Source of the DNA: a virus
Taxonomy: Duplodnaviria > Heunggongvirae > Uroviricota > Caudoviricetes
IMG/VR virus record: IMGVR_UViG_3300035241_000016
Coordinates: 1 to 64,000 of that record
Strand: one strand, 5' to 3'
Length of the DNA: 64,000 bases
In this document: positions 60,934-64,000 of the stretch, piece by piece
Layout: every line of letters begins with the position of its first letter
Numbering within the stretch: position 1 is the first letter of the stretch
Notes under the pieces: generated by a model
The model's database searches: none
What the model was told of the DNA's origin: nothing
The model's input: the letters and a program-made list of their open reading frames with translations, nothing else
Program-made: the position numbers and the translations under genes

Positions 60934-62954
60934 AGCCCCCCCAGCTGTCCCACGGTGAAGCCGGCCAGGTCGCCCACGGTGTAGGGGGCCAGCCGGCCGA
61001 CAATGCCGGTGATGGTGTTCGTCTTGAACTGAAAGGCCTTCACGTCCAGCGAGGCTCGCCATTGGTGGGCGCGCTCATCCCATCCCATCGCCTCGCCGTA
61101 GCTCACGTAGCTGAGCTGCTGGCTGGTCTCGTCCGGTAGGATGGTCGTGCTGCTGCCTTGCGCTGCCGCGGCCGCCTTCACGGCCGTGCGGATCTCGTCC
61201 GCCCCCAGGCGGATGGGCCGGCCGCCGCGGTCTGTCAGGCCGTCCGCGGCCAGCACCTGGAACTCGTACAGCAGCACCAGCGGCGGCCGCACCGCGTGCG
61301 CCAGGCCGATGCCGGCGACGATCGGCGTGGACGAGCCGCCCGGCCCGTTAAGGGTGATCTCGGCGTCGATCAGGTTGCCGCTGGTGTTGTTGGGGAAGTC
61401 GGCCCGCTCATGCGGCGTCGTGTCGAAGTTGGTGCCGAAGGCGGTGTACGAGCTGGCGCTGGGGTCGGTCTTGTAGGCGAAGGTGGCGTAGCGGGTCGGG
61501 CCCAGGTTCGGGCCGGTCACGATCAGGCTGCGCAGCGTCTTGGGCTCGCCCAGGAAGGTGCCGTGCCACAGCGGCGGGTACAGCTTGCCGGTGGTGGTGA
61601 AGACGTAGGACGTGCATCCGGATGGATCTGGCACGCACGAGAGCGTGAAGTACCCATAGCCACCGTCACTGAACCCAATCCAGGCCCGCTTATGGCCACT
61701 GGCAGCGCCAACCGTTGACTGCCACATCGCGGTGATCTTCTTGCCGCTGAAGGCCGTGGTGACAGACCCGTTCCAGGCCTCCGATAGCGTTGGCTGCACG
61801 CTGGGTACGTCCTGCCCCGTGATGCCGAAATGAGACTGCTTCCAGGCGCCGAACTTCATCAGGTAGCTGTCGCCGGTGTCCGGGTTGTACAGACCGCCGA
61901 AACCGTTGTTGGTCGTGCCCAGGAAAGCGCTCACGTAGCCCCGTACGGGCGAATCGTTGCCCGCGATGCGTTCAGGGCCAATGGGCTGCAGCGCGAACTC
62001 TGGCGTGACCTTCCACAGGGCGCCGTCATACTGCACGTACACGTCGTTGCCGAAGTAGCCCACGTTCTTCGCGTTGTCACTGCCCGCGTTCGCGTTCAGC
62101 GACAGGAAGGGGTAGTACTTGATGTCCTGGCCGGCCTGATCCAGTGAATAGATGCCGTCCGTCTTGAAGATGAGCAGCACGCCAGTCGCGGTGACGCCGA
62201 AGCGCACGATGGCGCTCGATTTGTCGCCCACCCGGAACTGCTCGGGCGCCGTCCAGTTGGCCTCCACGGTTGGGTTGGCGTTGGTGTCGACCTTGCTGAC
62301 CAGGTTGACGTCGCTGGCACGATAGAACTCGCGGCCAACGGCGATGAAGTCCAGGCTCTGGAAGGTCGCCATCTGGGTCCAGGTGGTGCCGTCGAAGTAC
62401 CAATCGTTGGCTGGCGTTGCCGAGCCCATCGCGACGAAAATCAGGTTCGTCGAGCTGGCCGTGCTGCGGAACAGCCGCGCCGTTAGGCCTGCGTTGCCTG
62501 CACCGAAGTCCTTGTTGACGGCGAAGGTGGCGTCGTCGGTGCGCTTCTGGACGTAGCGGCCGTTGAGGTAGTACAGCGAGCCGCCGATCTCGAAGAAGTC
62601 CTGCACGCCGTTGGTGCTATCCACGGTGCCGGGCGTCACGCTGGTGACCAGCGGGCCGAGCATCAGCTTGCCCTCGATGCTCGTGTCCACACCGAGGGCG
62701 TAGCGGCTGCGGCGGTCGTTCCACTGCGCCTGGATCTTCTGACCGAACCCGAAGGAGAAGTCTTCCCACGGCTGGATCCGCTCGTCGATGGGCGACTGGG
62801 CGCCGTAGTTGTAGTCGGTCGGGGCGACCTGGTCGAGCGTCTGGGGTCGGGTGGCCACCAGCGGTGAACCCGGCTTAGGCCGAGCCAACATCACGCCCGT
62901 GCCGGCGATGTGCATGTCGTAGGGGAAGGGGTCGCGCACGGGAACGCCGGCCAT
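60930..62954 (-). CDS. large tail protein (minor tail/baseplate-type)
   Basis: 674 aa, beta-rich, ATGA overlap with the fibre gene; position within the tail module. Confidence 0.55.
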   Translation of the reverse strand: MAGVPVRDPFPYDMHIAGTGVMLARPKPGSPLVATRPQTLDQVAPTDYNYGAQSPIDERIQPWEDFSFGFGQKIQAQWNDRRSRYALGVDTSIEGKLMLGPLVTSVTPGTVDSTNGVQDFFEIGGSLYYLNGRYVQKRTDDATFAVNKDFGAGNAGLTARLFRSTASSTNLIFVAMGSATPANDWYFDGTTWTQMATFQSLDFIAVGREFYRASDVNLVSKVDTNANPTVEANWTAPEQFRVGDKSSAIVRFGVTATGVLLIFKTDGIYSLDQAGQDIKYYPFLSLNANAGSDNAKNVGYFGNDVYVQYDGALWKVTPEFALQPIGPERIAGNDSPVRGYVSAFLGTTNNGFGGLYNPDTGDSYLMKFGAWKQSHFGITGQDVPSVQPTLSEAWNGSVTTAFSGKKITAMWQSTVGAASGHKRAWIGFSDGGYGYFTLSCVPDPSGCTSYVFTTTGKLYPPLWHGTFLGEPKTLRSLIVTGPNLGPTRYATFAYKTDPSASSYTAFGTNFDTTPHERADFPNNTSGNLIDAEITLNGPGGSSTPIVAGIGLAHAVRPPLVLLYEFQVLAADGLTDRGGRPIRLGADEIRTAVKAAAAAQGSSTTILPDETSQQLSYVSYGEAMGWDERAHQWRASLDVKAFQFKTNTITGIVGRLAPYTVGDLAGFTVGQLGGL

Positions 62955-63799
62955 CAGCGGCCCGGGCCCCAGCGACGCATCGGGATAAGGGTCTGGGGCA
63001 GACGATCCTTCCAGCCGGGATCCCAGCGGCTGAACAGGGCGGCGGCCTGGGCCAAGCTCTGGACCAGCCGTGGGTTAGCTTCTGCCACGAGGATCTCGCT
63101 CTTCCGTCGCCAGCCCTCCGCCAGCGCGGCATAACCCGCCCACTCCAGGTCGATCGGCACCACGTCGCCCTCAGCCGAAAGCCCACTCTGAGTGAACGTC
63201 GTAGGCGTGGCGGCAGCGGCGCAGTGATAGTAGGCCGGCTTTAGTGCCGTCACGTAGATGGTGTCGGTGGTGTTGAACGCGCCGATGTTCAGGTAGACCG
63301 CATTTGCCGTCGCGTCCAGGTATGCCTCGCCGCGGATTCCGATGTACGGGTTGTTGCTGTCGCGGACCTGGCCTGATCCGAGCACGCCCACCGAACGCAC
63401 CCATACTGGGTCGGTAAGCCAGCTAGCAGCCGTGGCCAAGGAGTGCCGTGTGTTGGTCGCGCTCGATGGCGAGAAACTGAACTCCACCGGGATCATGCAC
63501 AGCTTCAGCCCGTCGTTGATCAGGGTCGGAAACTCGGTGCCCGGCTCGAAGAATCCGTGCAGCTCATAGGCCTCTCCGTTAGTGGGCGCGACGCTCCAGA
63601 CCTTGTCCGGCTGCAGCGTGCCCGCCGTGGCCGATGGGGTATAGGTGGCCACGAGCCGCACCTTGTTTGCCGCGGCCGCGCTCGGCCGCAGGATCCAGTA
63701 GTCCTGCCACGTCTTGGAGCCGGCGATCGAGCTGGTGATCGGCCAGGCGGTGTCCTCCAGCGAGGACACGGTGCTGCCCGCGGTAGCCGTGGACGCCAA
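62954..63799 (-). CDS. tail protein
   Basis: 281 aa, TTG start; beta-rich; tail module. Confidence 0.5.
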   Translation of the reverse strand: MASTATAGSTVSSLEDTAWPITSSIAGSKTWQDYWILRPSAAAANKVRLVATYTPSATAGTLQPDKVWSVAPTNGEAYELHGFFEPGTEFPTLINDGLKLCMIPVEFSFSPSSATNTRHSLATAASWLTDPVWVRSVGVLGSGQVRDSNNPYIGIRGEAYLDATANAVYLNIGAFNTTDTIYVTALKPAYYHCAAAATPTTFTQSGLSAEGDVVPIDLEWAGYAALAEGWRRKSEILVAEANPRLVQSLAQAAALFSRWDPGWKDRLPQTLIPMRRWGPGR

Positions 63800-63881
63800 G
63801 AAGCGCCCCGTCTCGCGGGCTGCAAACTGCCGGATCTGTGTCAGGGTGGCTATGGCGCCACGTCCTGCACGGGCAGGTAGG

Positions 63882-64000
63882 TCACTGGTTAGGCGCCTCC
63901 TGCTCCAGAGGCGCAGCAGCCTTTTGGCGCTTCTCCGCCATATTGGCCAGCTTGAGTGCCAGTCGGGCGCGCACGGCTTCTGCTCCTGAGCCGATCGCCG
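63882..64000 (-). CDS. 3' end of a gene whose start lies beyond the window end
   Basis: Frame ending TGA ~63882: ...AIGSGAEAVRARLALKLANMAEKRQKAAAPLEQEAPNQ. Confidence 0.35.
   Translation of the reverse strand, partial: AIGSGAEAVRARLALKLANMAEKRQKAAAPLEQEAPNQ

Overview
High-GC (~65-70%) window that reads as a contiguous stretch of a large temperate phage or prophage genome, apparently continuing beyond both ends of the window. Almost all genes are leftward (minus strand), with pervasive 4-nt start/stop overlaps (ATGA, GTGA, TTGA) showing tight translational coupling. The ORF track counts GTG and TTG as Met, and many listed ORFs carry spurious N-terminal extensions; several starts were re-placed at overlap sites preceded by an SD. 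Left to right: a portal-like partial gene; a plus-strand insert with a HicA/HicB-like toxin-antitoxin pair and six coupled small Zn-ribbon genes; a terminase block (TerL 5985..7313, TerS-like 9779..10330) with inserted paralogs; tRNA-Asn(GTT); SPFH and SLT-like genes; a Ser/Thr phosphatase and a large P-loop ATPase; an opposite-strand HNH-like gene flanked by a duplicated 5' fragment of the ATPase gene; a large serine recombinase; a cassette of about 10 small coupled genes with recurring junction motifs; Gp37/Gp68 and DUF1064-like genes; a replication and DNA-modification operon (RecA-fold helicase, PAPS-reductase-like, ParB-like, Dam-like N6A MTase, cupin-like, ASCH, DUF1643, C5 MTase); an early region with a protein built from 12-bp tandem repeats, a Zn-metalloprotease, HTH regulators and a KGG stress protein; a CI/Cro-like immunity switch with plus-strand RHH, secreted and lipoprotein genes; a lysis cassette (two holin-like genes, a GH-like lysin and an amidase); and tail genes (beta-helix, fibre, large tail proteins) with an opposite-strand SAM methyltransferase. 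No CRISPR array or rRNA. Gene families recur within the window (three ABA-sandwich, three degenerate-HNH, and the small-gene junction cassette). Coordinates for non-ORF features are approximate (+/- a few nt).
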